A DNA stretch of 64,000 nt from Actinomycetota bacterium (GCA_046713235.1 JBKKBZ010000125.1:6573-70572), one strand, 5' to 3'; shown: positions 10,248 through 19,492, counted from the first letter of the stretch. Translations and numbers: made by a program. Notes: generated from the sequence alone by a model not told the origin.

Positions 10248-10505
10248 ATCAAAGACCTTCTCTGCCTGCTCATCCTCGTCTATTACTGGATCCTTATCGC
10301 GCGAGCCATCCTCTCGTTCATTCCCAACCCTCCCGACGCTCTGAGGCCCCTTTACCGGATCATCTTCGACGTGACGGAGCCGGTCCTTAGGCTGGTCCGC
10401 CCACTGCTGCCCCCGGTCCGGATGGGGGCTATGGCCATGGATCTTTCGCCGCTCCTCGTGTTCTTTGTTTTGATCATCCTCCAGAGCGTGGTCTGCGGCC
10501 GATGA
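10248..10505 (+). CDS. yggT: YggT/YlmG family small membrane protein (no canonical start codon in frame; not called in ORF track)
   Basis: The frame directly after the sepF stop translates to ...IKDLLCLLILVYYWILIARAILSFIPNPPDALRPLYRIIFDVTEPVLRLVRPLLPPVRMGAMAMDLSPLLVFFVLIILQSVVCGR*. This is the typical YggT N-terminus and has two TM helices. The only in-frame candidate starts are ATC (10248) and CTG (10266). Confidence 0.6.
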   Translation: MKDLLCLLILVYYWILIARAILSFIPNPPDALRPLYRIIFDVTEPVLRLVRPLLPPVRMGAMAMDLSPLLVFFVLIILQSVVCGR

Positions 10506-10552
10506 CCTCCGGCCTACTCCACCCATCGGCGGTCACGGTTTAGACTCACCCT

Positions 10553-11185
10553 GTGACGATGACGCCGCACGACATCCTCGGGCGGGAGTTCCGCGAGGCT
10601 TTTCGCGGCTACAACGAGGACGACGTCGATGATTTTCTCGAGGCGGTCGCCGACGAGTATGGGAACCTCTACCAAGAAGTCCAGCGGCTTCGCGTCCAGG
10701 TGGCCTCCCTTCAGCGAGAGCTAGACGAGGTCCGTGGTTCGGCCGTCGCCGATGCCAAGGAGCAAGTGCAGGGAGAAGCCAAAGACGAGATGCGCCGCGC
10801 CCTCGTAGCGGCGCAAAGGGCCGCTGAAACCGCGCTCGCGGAATCTCGTGAGCGGGCGGCCTTGATCGTTTCGGAGGCCGAGGCACGCGCCGGAGAGATC
10901 GACGCCCAGGCGTCGGCTAGGGCGCGGGAGCTGGATCCCGACGCCGCGAAGGCGGCCGACGCGCTCAGGCAGCTCGTGGAAGAACGGCGACGTCAGGAAG
11001 AGGATATCCGCACGAGGATCCGGCTCATGCTCGAAGAGCAGATTCGCCTGCTGGATCAGGTAGAAGCGCAAACCCGGCATGTCTCGATGGTCGAGCGGAT
11101 GTCTCGCGAGCTTTCATCGAGCGGGGCCCCGGGCGATCCTAACGAGGTGGACGGCACCCGCTTCTGGGCCGAGCCAACCGCGTGA
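10553..11185 (+). CDS. divIVA: DivIVA domain cell-pole/division protein
   Basis: N-terminal DivIVA signature (TPHDILGREFREAFRGYNEDDVDDFLE) followed by a long coiled-coil region. Confidence 0.9.
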   Translation: MTMTPHDILGREFREAFRGYNEDDVDDFLEAVADEYGNLYQEVQRLRVQVASLQRELDEVRGSAVADAKEQVQGEAKDEMRRALVAAQRAAETALAESRERAALIVSEAEARAGEIDAQASARARELDPDAAKAADALRQLVEERRRQEEDIRTRIRLMLEEQIRLLDQVEAQTRHVSMVERMSRELSSSGAPGDPNEVDGTRFWAEPTA

Positions 11186-11284
11186 TTCGTCTCACGCACC
11201 CCGCTTTCCGTGCCTGCTTGGCTGCCCCCGCGGGCAGGCGCTAGACTGCGCCCCCGTCGGTTCCCGGAAGGAGGCTCGTCGCCC

Positions 11285-11929
11285 GTGATTGCGCTCAGCG
11301 CCTTGCTCGTCGCAGTGGCCTTTGTCACGCTGATCATCGGGGTTTTCCAGTCGGGTCTTTCCATGATCTGGGTGTCGATCGCCTCGAGCGTGGCCGCCGC
11401 AGTCACACTTGCCCTCGGGGTGGTGCGAAGCCGTCCAAAGGCCATCGCCGTGGGTGGTCCGGACCCGCTCGGTTCTTGGACCGGGACCGCGACCCCAGTT
11501 CTGGATGAGCCCGAGACCGCGAGGGTCTGGGAGCCCGAGCCGGCCCCGGCCCCACAGGAATTCGAAGACGAGTCCATCACGCGGGTGCTCGACCTCAGCC
11601 CGGAAGAGGAGCCGGAACTCCCTCCGATCATGACGCTGCCCCGCCGCGCCGTGCGATCGCCGAAGACCGCGGTCAAGAAAACCCCTGCTAAGAAGTCCGC
11701 CGCCGGGGCACCGGGCAAGAAGGCGACCGCGACCAAGGCCGCCGCGAAGACCGCGACCAAGGCCGCCGCGAAGACCGCAGTCAACAAGACTCCTGCGAAG
11801 AAGCCCGCCGCCGGGACACCGGCCAAGAAGGCGACCGCCAAGAGCGCAGCCAAGAAGACGCCGGCAAAGAAGTCGGCCGCACGCCGGACCTCAGCGCCCC
11901 AAACGGAGACTGCCGAACCCTTCGAGTAG
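11285..11929 (+). CDS. Membrane protein with two N-terminal TM helices and a lysine/alanine/proline-rich histone H1/HU-tail-like C-terminus
   Basis: A GTG at 11285 is preceded by the RBS GGAAGGAGG (11267-11275). Two hydrophobic helices are followed by a PE-rich linker. The C-terminus carries tandem PAKK/AAKTA(T)K repeats. The ORF-track ATG at 11210 is an alternative start. Confidence 0.55.
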   Translation: MIALSALLVAVAFVTLIIGVFQSGLSMIWVSIASSVAAAVTLALGVVRSRPKAIAVGGPDPLGSWTGTATPVLDEPETARVWEPEPAPAPQEFEDESITRVLDLSPEEEPELPPIMTLPRRAVRSPKTAVKKTPAKKSAAGAPGKKATATKAAAKTATKAAAKTAVNKTPAKKPAAGTPAKKATAKSAAKKTPAKKSAARRTSAPQTETAEPFE

Positions 11930-11937
11930 GCGCCCGG

Positions 11938-12948
11938 CTACACGGCGAAGCGGAACTCGACCACGTCTCCTTCGCGCATCACGTAGTCCTTGCCCTCTTG
12001 CCGCGCGATACCTTGCGCACGCGCCTGAGGCCATCCGCCGACTGCCAGGAGTGCGTCGTAGGAAATCACCTCGGCGCGAATGAAGCCGCGCTGGATGTCG
12101 GAGTGGATCGCTCCGGCGGCCTCGGGAGCCGTCGCGCCGGCGGGAATCTCCCAACCGCGGGCTTCCTTTTCTCCGGCGGTCAGAAAGGTGATGAGATCGA
12201 GCCGGTCGAAGACGGCTCGGATCACGCTCGTCAATGCCCGCTCGGAAAGGCCGTAGGAGCTGAGGAGCTCGGCGGCTTCATCCGGCACCATGCCCGCTAC
12301 TTCGGACTCGAGCAATGAGGCCACCGGCGTCGCCCCGGGCGGAATATCGACATGCCGCTCGGGGTCCACGGTCGCCACGAGGACAACGGGTTTCAGCGTG
12401 AGCGGTGACAGCGCGGCCAGCGCCTTGATCTCGGCGGCCTCCCAGGCCGCCTCGCGAAGCGGAGTTCCGGATTCGAGCACCGCCTTGGCCTTCTCGACGG
12501 CGGCAAGCTCCTGAACCGCGCCGGCGTCGCCGGCGCGTGCCGCCTTGCTTCCCCGCAGAACCTTGGCTTCGAACACGGCAAGATCCGCGAGCGTCAGCTC
12601 GAGCGACAGATCGGAGAGATCTGCGACAGGATCGGCATCTTCCCCGAAGGCACGGATTACCAACACCAGCGCGTCCGCCTCGCGCAGATGGCCGATGAGC
12701 TCGGCGGCCAGGGATCCTTGCCCGCGCGCGCCGCGGCGAACCAGCCCGGTGGTTTCGAGGAAGCGGAGCTGCGCATAGACGAGCTTCTTGGAAGAATGCA
12801 GACGGCCGAGCTCGTCGATCCGAGGATCCGGCACCGGCACCACGGCCTGATGAGTGCGTGACGCCGGCCCAGCCTGGATCGCCGTGAGCGCAGTGAAAAC
12901 TGTGGACGTTCCGGCTTGGGGGAGACCGACCAGCCCGACCGACTTCAC
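11938..12948 (-). CDS. YchF/OLA1-like P-loop NTPase paralog with degenerate G motifs (TGS domain retained)
   Basis: The C-terminus (AIHSDIQRGFIRAEVISYD...GKDYVMREGDVVEFRFAV) matches the YchF TGS domain. The N-terminal G1 motif reads GLPQAGTST where the canonical motif is GLPNVGKST (Walker A Lys to Thr). The G3 DxAG is replaced by ETTG, and NVNE by TVDPE. Confidence 0.65.
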   Translation of the reverse strand: MKSVGLVGLPQAGTSTVFTALTAIQAGPASRTHQAVVPVPDPRIDELGRLHSSKKLVYAQLRFLETTGLVRRGARGQGSLAAELIGHLREADALVLVIRAFGEDADPVADLSDLSLELTLADLAVFEAKVLRGSKAARAGDAGAVQELAAVEKAKAVLESGTPLREAAWEAAEIKALAALSPLTLKPVVLVATVDPERHVDIPPGATPVASLLESEVAGMVPDEAAELLSSYGLSERALTSVIRAVFDRLDLITFLTAGEKEARGWEIPAGATAPEAAGAIHSDIQRGFIRAEVISYDALLAVGGWPQARAQGIARQEGKDYVMREGDVVEFRFAV

Positions 12949-12964
12949 GGGAGCACGATTGGTC

Positions 12965-15907
12965 TCATGCGCGTCGCAACGTCACGACGAGTCGCCCGCC
13001 GTGGATCGTGACGTCGGAAGATCCCAACGGATTCTCGACGGCGCTTTGCGTGAATGATTCGGCGAGCACCTCACCGCAGATCCACTCGCGGTGCGGCGTC
13101 AGCGATTCCCACAGCTCATCCGGTCCGTCGATCCCGAGCGCGATGCGATCGCTGACGTTCAAGCCCGAGCGTTTCCGGAGGTTCTGCACGGCGCGCACGA
13201 TCTCACGGGCTCCGCCCTCGGCCCTGAGCTCCGGCGTCAGCTCGGTGTCGAGCCAGACCGTAAGGGAGCCTTCGGTCGCCGAGGCGCCGCCGGTTGGCTC
13301 GGGCCGGCCCTCGCCGTGCTGGGTCAATACGGCCTTGACATTCAGCTCGTCCGCGACGAGGGCGAGAAGATCCCGACTCAGCTGTGTTGCTTCATCGCCG
13401 GTGATGAATGCGGCCCTCAGCGGCTGGCGAACCTTGAGCTTGGAGTCGGTACGCACTTGCAGGCCAAGCGTGACTGCCCGGCGGACCACCGCCATACCCT
13501 CGCGCAGAACGTCGTCGATCAGCGAGGCATCTGCCTCCGGCCAATCGGCGAGGTGAACGCTGTCGGGTGCGTCGGGGTCGATGCTGCGCACGAGGTTGTC
13601 CCACAGCTCGTCGGCGAGGAACGGCGTGTAGGGCGCCAGCAGAAGTGCAAGCGTCCGCAGGCATTCATGCAGCGTTGCGTGCGCCGCCCCCTTGTCCTCG
13701 TCTTCCGCTTCTTTCCAGAAGCGCCGCCGCGACCGCCGGACATACCAGTTCGACAAGTCGTCGACGAACTGCGTGACGCGCCGCCCCCCGGCTGTGGCAT
13801 CGAAGGCTTCCATCGCATCCGTCACGTATTTCACCGTGTCGTGTAGCTCTGCGAGGATCCACCGGTCGAGATGGGGCCGTTTGGCTGCCGGAGTCTGCAC
13901 GGATCGCGGGTCGAGACCGTCGGTGTTGGCGTAGAGCACGTAGAACGAGTACACGTTCCAGAGCATCCGGAGGAAGCCGCGCACGACGTCGTCGATCGCC
14001 TCGGCGTAAACTCTGCGGCTCGACCACGGTGAGCCGACGGTGAAGAGGTACCAGCGCAGCGCATCGGCGCCTTGCTTATCGAGCACTTCCCACGGATTCA
14101 GGACGTTCCCGATCGACTTCGACATCTTGCGGCCGTCTTTGTCGACGATGTGTCCGAGGCAGACGACACGCCGGTACGGCGATTCCCCCTTTAACAAAGT
14201 TGCGATGGCCAGCAGCGAGTAGAACCATCCTCTTGTCTGGTCGATTGCCTCGCAGATGTAGTCGGCTGGGAAACGCTTCTCGAACAGGTCGGCGTTGTCG
14301 AACGGATGGTGCCACTGGGCGAACGGCATCGCCCCCGAGTCAAACCATGCGTCGATAACCTCACGCACGCGCTGCATCGTGGCTCCGCACTCTGGACAGG
14401 TCCAGGTCACCTCGTCGATCGCGGGACGATGCAGATCCAAGCCGGGCAGCTCGTCACCCACTCGTTCTCGGAGGTCGGCTACGCTTCCGACGCACTCCAG
14501 GTGGCCGTTCGCGCATCTCCAGATAGGCAAGGGTGTACCCCAATACCGGTTACGCGAGAGCGACCAATCGATGTTGTTCGCCAGCCAGTCGCCGAATCGG
14601 CCGTGCTTGATGTGCTCCGGGTGCCACACGACGCGCTCGTTCGCGGCGAGGAGGTCCTCTTTGCGTGCAGTGGTCCGGATGTACCAGGACGTCCGCGCGA
14701 AGTAGAGGAGCGGGGTGGTGCACCGCCAGCACAGCGGATAGGAGTGCTCGTAGGACTCGGCGCGGAACAGAACGCCGCGCTCGCGCAAGTCGTCGATGAT
14801 CCTAGGATCGGCAGCTTTGGCGTCTTGTCCGGCGAACGGCACTGCCTCCGGACGAAATCGCCCTTCCTCGTCGACCATGTGGATGACCGGCAGGCCGTGG
14901 CGACGTCCGACCTCGAGGTCTTCCGCACCGTAGGCCGGCGCGATGTGCACGATGCCGGTGCCGTCTTCCGTAGTCACGAACTCGGCGGAGACCACGAACC
15001 ACGCGTGCTCGTCCGGGTCGGCGAATTTGTAGGGCGGGTGGTAGGGGCGCCCCTCGAGGGATCCGGCGTCGAGATACTCTGCGATCCGAGCGCCGGGCCC
15101 GAGAACCCGGTGTACGAGCGGTTCGGCGAGCACCAGCCGCTCGCCGTCGTGCTCGGCGACGACGTACTGGATCTCCGGATGGATCGCTGCGGCGGCGTTA
15201 GAGAGGAGCGTCCAAGGAGTCGTGGTCCAGACGAGCAGTGACGTTCTTTCCTCGTCGGCCAGCGGGAACCGCACGAACACGCTGGGATCGACGACCGTCG
15301 CATAGCCTTGAGCGACTTCGTGATCCGAAAGCGGCGTTCCGCAGCGCGGGCAATACGGCACGACCTTGAAGTCCTCGAAGAGCAGCCCGGCGTCGTAGAT
15401 GGTCTTGAGCGACCACCACACAGATTCGACGTAGTCATTGGTCATCGTCCTGTAGGGGTCGCTCATATCGACCCAGTACGCGATTCGCTCGGTCAGCCGC
15501 TCCCAGTCGCCGACGTATCGCATGACGCTCTCGCGACACTTTGCGTTGAACTCGGCGATGCCGTAGGCCTCGATCTCTTTCTTGGAGGACAGCCCCAGCT
15601 CGCGCTCGATCTCGAGCTCAACCGGAAGACCGTGGCAATCCCAGCCCGCTTTCCTGGGTACGTACTCTCCCCGCATCGTGCGGTACCGAGGGTAGATGTC
15701 CTTGAACACGCGAGCGAGGACGTGGTGAACGCCCGGCTTCCCGTTCGCCGTGGGCGGCCCTTCGTACATCACGAACTCCTGAGCCCCTTCCCGCTGCTTG
15801 AGCGATCGTTCGAAGATCTCTTCGCGACGCCACCGCTCGAGAACGTTGTGCTCCAGAGCGGGGAAATCGATCCGACTGGGAACGTCGCGGAACCGGGGAG
15901 CGCTCAT
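12965..15907 (-). CDS. ileS: Isoleucine--tRNA ligase IleS
   Basis: 980 aa with a HIGH-region equivalent near the N-terminus (PPTANGKPGVHH), the KMSKS motif and a CP1 editing domain. The C-terminus resembles actinobacterial/eukaryote-like IleS. Confidence 0.95.
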   Translation of the reverse strand: MSAPRFRDVPSRIDFPALEHNVLERWRREEIFERSLKQREGAQEFVMYEGPPTANGKPGVHHVLARVFKDIYPRYRTMRGEYVPRKAGWDCHGLPVELEIERELGLSSKKEIEAYGIAEFNAKCRESVMRYVGDWERLTERIAYWVDMSDPYRTMTNDYVESVWWSLKTIYDAGLLFEDFKVVPYCPRCGTPLSDHEVAQGYATVVDPSVFVRFPLADEERTSLLVWTTTPWTLLSNAAAAIHPEIQYVVAEHDGERLVLAEPLVHRVLGPGARIAEYLDAGSLEGRPYHPPYKFADPDEHAWFVVSAEFVTTEDGTGIVHIAPAYGAEDLEVGRRHGLPVIHMVDEEGRFRPEAVPFAGQDAKAADPRIIDDLRERGVLFRAESYEHSYPLCWRCTTPLLYFARTSWYIRTTARKEDLLAANERVVWHPEHIKHGRFGDWLANNIDWSLSRNRYWGTPLPIWRCANGHLECVGSVADLRERVGDELPGLDLHRPAIDEVTWTCPECGATMQRVREVIDAWFDSGAMPFAQWHHPFDNADLFEKRFPADYICEAIDQTRGWFYSLLAIATLLKGESPYRRVVCLGHIVDKDGRKMSKSIGNVLNPWEVLDKQGADALRWYLFTVGSPWSSRRVYAEAIDDVVRGFLRMLWNVYSFYVLYANTDGLDPRSVQTPAAKRPHLDRWILAELHDTVKYVTDAMEAFDATAGGRRVTQFVDDLSNWYVRRSRRRFWKEAEDEDKGAAHATLHECLRTLALLLAPYTPFLADELWDNLVRSIDPDAPDSVHLADWPEADASLIDDVLREGMAVVRRAVTLGLQVRTDSKLKVRQPLRAAFITGDEATQLSRDLLALVADELNVKAVLTQHGEGRPEPTGGASATEGSLTVWLDTELTPELRAEGGAREIVRAVQNLRKRSGLNVSDRIALGIDGPDELWESLTPHREWICGEVLAESFTQSAVENPLGSSDVTIHGGRLVVTLRRA

Positions 15908-16140
15908 GACGGGGCATGATACCGACGATGGGTCGGGATCCCACCGGCATTGTCGTTGCGACCCGGAAGGGCGCCGGGGTGCGCACGGTCATGACCGGCC
16001 TCACCCCATCTGACCTGCGAAAACGCGCGCACAACGCTCTCCGGTGAGCGGCCTCTGCCTCGGTTGACGCTCCCAGGGGCCGGTGGTAGTCTGCGCCATC
16101 CTCGTCGGCCCCGACGAGGCCGCACCGCCTGAGAGGGATC
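15908..16140 (-). promoter_or_regulatory. About 230-nt 5' leader of ileS (candidate T-box-type regulatory leader; unverified)
   Basis: Long untranslated region upstream of an aminoacyl-tRNA synthetase gene. Contains a GCCGGUGGGAUCCCGAC segment with weak similarity to the T-box core GGGUGGUACCGCG. No clean canonical T-box could be aligned by eye. Confidence 0.3.
16064..16092 (+). promoter_or_regulatory. Candidate sigma70-type promoter for the dksA-like-lspA-rluD operon
   Basis: TTGACG (16064-16069), a 17-nt spacer and TAGTCT (16087-16092), about 50 nt upstream of the 16144 start. Confidence 0.4.
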
Positions 16141-16143
16141 GCC

Positions 16144-16773
16144 GTGGCGAGCGCCGCCAAGAAACCCGTTGGGAAGAAGGTTGCGAAGCCTGCCGCGCCC
16201 AAGGCGGCTGGGAAGAAGGCCGTCCCGGCACGAACGGCGCCGAAGGCAGCAGCTGCCAAACCGGCGCGGAAGAAGGTCGGCAAGGAGGGGCCGGAGAAAG
16301 CCTCGGCTGCCCCAGGCGCGACCAAGGCACAGCGGGCCGCTCCGGCCGTATCTCCGGCAAAGACCCCTGCTGCCGTCAAGCCGAAGCCGCGCAAGCCGCC
16401 CTTCACCCCGAAAGAGCTCGCGGCGATTCGCGAGAACCTCATCGCTCACCGGGCACAATTGCAGCGGGAGGCTGACGAACTCAACGCCGGTAGCTTTGAT
16501 GCCACGCAGTCCGAGATTTCGGGCGAGGTCGCGTTCGACGAGGAATATGCGGACGCCGGTACCTTCACGTTCGAACGGGAGCGCGATCTTTCCCTCGGCA
16601 ACAACATCCGCGATCTCGTCGACCGCATCGACCTTGCGCTTGTGAAGATCCAGCGCGGCACCTACGGCGTTTGTGAGCGCTGCGGCGAGCCGATCACAAA
16701 GGAGCGCCTGGTGGCGCTCCCGTACTCTGTGCTGTGCGTGAAGTGCAAGCAGATCGAAGAGCGGCTGGCATAG
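16144..16773 (+). CDS. DksA/TraR-family C4 zinc-finger protein with lysine/alanine-rich N-terminal tail
   Basis: The C-terminus carries CERCGEPI...(17 aa)...CVKC, matching the DksA/TraR CxxC-N17-CxxC finger, plus a coiled-coil. The N-terminal ~110 aa are AKK/PAK repeats. The position upstream of lspA matches streptomycete synteny. Confidence 0.8.
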   Translation: MASAAKKPVGKKVAKPAAPKAAGKKAVPARTAPKAAAAKPARKKVGKEGPEKASAAPGATKAQRAAPAVSPAKTPAAVKPKPRKPPFTPKELAAIRENLIAHRAQLQREADELNAGSFDATQSEISGEVAFDEEYADAGTFTFERERDLSLGNNIRDLVDRIDLALVKIQRGTYGVCERCGEPITKERLVALPYSVLCVKCKQIEERLA

Positions 16774-17306
16774 CCGGCCGGCTCTCAGCGCGCCTGATCC
16801 TCGCGGCGTCGGCCGTCGTGGTGGCGCTGGACCAGGCCACAAAGGTGCTGGCCTTGCGTACCTTGTCGCCCGGCGAATCGCGTCCCGTGATCGATGGTGT
16901 GTTGCATTGGACGCTTCATCGGAACCCGGGAGCCGCATTCGGCTTGCTTCCAGGCTTCCCGGTTGTGTTCACGTTTCTCGCGGCCGTGATTGCCGGAGTC
17001 ATTGTGGCAACGGCATGGAGACCCCGGCCCCTTTCTTCGACCCTTGCGCTCGGACTCGTCCTCGGTGGTGCGATCGGAAATCTCATCGACCGGCTGGTTC
17101 GTGATCCGGGACCGTTCCGGGGACACGTGGTCGATTTCGTCGACTTCCGGGTGTGGCCGGCGTTCAACATTGCCGACGCGGCGGTCGTCTGCGGCGCGAT
17201 CTTGCTCGCGCTGGTCGGATTGCGGACGCCGGCCGCTCGGCCCGAGCCGCGACCGCTCGACCTGGGGTCGAACGAAGAATCGGCCGGCAACGAGCCGCTC
17301 CGATGA
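16734..17306 (+). CDS. lspA: Lipoprotein signal peptidase II LspA
   Basis: LspA motifs are present (DQATK, NPGAAFG, FVDF..WPAFNIAD) with four TM helices. The start may lie 40-60 nt downstream of 16734, because the ORF overlaps the preceding gene by 40 nt. Confidence 0.85.
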   Translation: MREVQADRRAAGIAGRLSARLILAASAVVVALDQATKVLALRTLSPGESRPVIDGVLHWTLHRNPGAAFGLLPGFPVVFTFLAAVIAGVIVATAWRPRPLSSTLALGLVLGGAIGNLIDRLVRDPGPFRGHVVDFVDFRVWPAFNIADAAVVCGAILLALVGLRTPAARPEPRPLDLGSNEESAGNEPLR

Positions 17307-18238
17307 GCTCGGCGACGTTCGTCGCCGGCCCGGAGGATGCCGGCGGACGCCTCGACGCGATCGCTGCAGCGCACACAGGGCTCTCGCGGGCTTCGATCGC
17401 CACCCTGATCGGTGACGGCGGGGTGCTCGTCGATGGTATCCGGCGTCCCCGTTCGTTCCGGCTTACCGCGGGAGAGCACGTCGACGTCCAAGTGCCCGAG
17501 CAGGCGCCGGAGGGGCCGGCGCCGGAATCCGGCATCGAGGTGCCGGTGCGATTCGAGGATGAGTGGCTGATGGTCGTGGCAAAGCCCGCCGGGCTGGTCG
17601 TGCACCCGGCGCCGGGACATGCCGGCGGAACCATGGTCAATGCCCTGCTCGGGCGCGATGGGCCTCCCGCCGGGGGTGACGCCCTCAGGCCGGGGATCGT
17701 GCACCGGCTCGATGCGGGGACGAGCGGGCTCATGGTCGTTGCCAAGGACGTCGCTGCCTATGGGCGCCTGGTGGACATGATGCGCGACCACGAGGTGGAG
17801 CGCCGCTATCTGGCACTCGTGGAAGATGTGGTCGCCGTCGACGAGGGAACCGTCGATGCGCCCATCGGCCGATCGCTCCGCAATCGAAAGAAGATGGACA
17901 TCGTTGCCGGCGGACGGGATGCGGTGACCGACTTCAGCGTCCGCGAGCGTCTCAACGTGGCCACGCTCATCGATGCGTGGCCGCGAACGGGGCGCACCCA
18001 TCAGATCCGGGTGCACATGGCGGCGGCCGGTCACGCCGTTGTCGGCGACGAGGTATACGGCAAGGACCGCAAGGTCGGTCGCGCCCTGGGGCTCGCCCGG
18101 CCCTTTCTGCACTCGGCCGGGTTAAGCTTCATCCATCCGATGACCGCGGCTCCCGTCGCGCTCGGGGAACCTCTTCCGTCCGATCTGCAATCGGTCCTCG
18201 ACGATTTGAGGCGGCGCTCCGGGGACTCCAGAGGATGA
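17303..18238 (+). CDS. rluD: RluA-family pseudouridine synthase (RluD-like) with S4 domain
   Basis: An ATG at 17303 overlaps the lspA stop as ATGA. The catalytic motif HRLDAGTSGLMVVAKD is present, and the N-terminus is an S4-like RNA-binding region. Confidence 0.85.
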   Translation: MSSATFVAGPEDAGGRLDAIAAAHTGLSRASIATLIGDGGVLVDGIRRPRSFRLTAGEHVDVQVPEQAPEGPAPESGIEVPVRFEDEWLMVVAKPAGLVVHPAPGHAGGTMVNALLGRDGPPAGGDALRPGIVHRLDAGTSGLMVVAKDVAAYGRLVDMMRDHEVERRYLALVEDVVAVDEGTVDAPIGRSLRNRKKMDIVAGGRDAVTDFSVRERLNVATLIDAWPRTGRTHQIRVHMAAAGHAVVGDEVYGKDRKVGRALGLARPFLHSAGLSFIHPMTAAPVALGEPLPSDLQSVLDDLRRRSGDSRG

Positions 18239-18251
18239 CCGTGCCGGATGA

Positions 18252-19373
18252 TCAGCTAGGGTCGGTAAGTTCCAGGGCCGTCACGGTGCGCTCCGAGCGC
18301 GCGGCGCGCAACGCCGCTCGAACGTCATCGGGCAGGCCGTTCGCGAGAAGCGCGTCGAGTGCCGAGGCGTCGTAGAGCGGCTCCCGTCGTTCGGCGAGCG
18401 TGATCGCGGCGTCCTCGGTGTGAAGCCGCGACCAACCCGTGGCCTCCAAGTGCTTCATGATCGTGGGTTCCAGCTCTTCCAGCCTGACGGCATCGGCACG
18501 CGTTCGCTGTGCGAGGGTGATCCATTCCCGTATCGCCGCGGCGACCTCAGCCGGATCCGGCTGCTGCTCGCGCGCCGCCGCGTGGCCGAAGAGCGGGCAG
18601 CGTGCTTGATAGTCGCACCAGTTGCAGAGGCGGTTCTCGCGCGGCGGAAAAGTCTTCGCCTTGATTGCGGCGGCCACACCCGCGATTCGGGCGCGGGTGT
18701 CCTCGGCGTCTTCCGCGGTCCGCGACACCGTAACGGCCTGGCCGGGCAAGAGGTAGTACAGCGTGAGGCGCGACGGGGTGATGCCCCAGACCTCCTGTGC
18801 GGCGAGGTAGTAGATGGATAGCTGGAGGTCCCGTTCGACGATCCGCCGCGGCGGAAGCCGTCGGTTGGTCTTGTAATCGATGATCTCATAGGAACCATCG
18901 GGATGCCGGTCCATTCGGTCGATGATGCCGGTGAGGGCGACGCCTTCAACGTCGATCGCGAAGCGCTGCTCGAGCGCCGCCGGAAGCCGGAAGCTGCCGG
19001 CATGAGTGCGGTGGAATTGGGCGAGCACCTGCCGACCGTGATCGAGGTATTGCCCCTCCTCGCGTGCGTCGGCATAAGGGGCGGACTCCCAGGCGTCCTC
19101 GAGAAAGCCGAGCAACTGCCCGAGGGTAGGCGCGACGGGCACGGGCTGGTGGTAGAAGCGCCTCAACGCCTCGTGCAGACTCTCGCCGAAGGCCAGCGCC
19201 GGGGTCCGGGCGCCCGGCTCGCGGTCGACGTAACGGAACTTGTACTGGAGCGGGCAAAGCTCGTATGTCGAGATCGCGGAGTAGGACAAACGGATCGGCC
19301 GTTCCTCGGGCTCGCTCTCCACAACGGGGGGCGCGGCCGAGGCCACGGTCAGGTCGAGGGTCAATTCCTGCAT
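18252..19373 (-). CDS. PD-(D/E)XK nuclease family protein with Cas4/AddB-like Fe-S cysteine cluster
   Basis: An ATG at 19373 precedes the conserved N-terminus (ISTYELCPLQYKF). The nuclease core reads GIIDRMD...YEIIDYKT. The C-terminus has CNWCDYQARC, giving four Cys in total, typical of Cas4/RecB-like nucleases. The upstream 96 codons of the ORF-track call are probably untranslated. Confidence 0.7.
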   Translation of the reverse strand: MQELTLDLTVASAAPPVVESEPEERPIRLSYSAISTYELCPLQYKFRYVDREPGARTPALAFGESLHEALRRFYHQPVPVAPTLGQLLGFLEDAWESAPYADAREEGQYLDHGRQVLAQFHRTHAGSFRLPAALEQRFAIDVEGVALTGIIDRMDRHPDGSYEIIDYKTNRRLPPRRIVERDLQLSIYYLAAQEVWGITPSRLTLYYLLPGQAVTVSRTAEDAEDTRARIAGVAAAIKAKTFPPRENRLCNWCDYQARCPLFGHAAAREQQPDPAEVAAAIREWITLAQRTRADAVRLEELEPTIMKHLEATGWSRLHTEDAAITLAERREPLYDASALDALLANGLPDDVRAALRAARSERTVTALELTDPS

Positions 19374-19492
19374 GCACGGCGAGGATAACACCGGCGAGGG
19401 ACGAGTTACACCCCTGTGATTCCACTCTCGACCGTCTCGACCGTCTCGACCGGGTTTCCCGGTCTTGCCCGGGCGTCCGCCGGGCGGTATAA

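Noticed and set aside
19427-19453. TCGACCGTC x2.7 tandem repeat as a possible CRISPR or minisatellite
   Set aside because: It is only 27 bp with no spacers and no cas genes, so it is better treated as a local promoter-region repeat.
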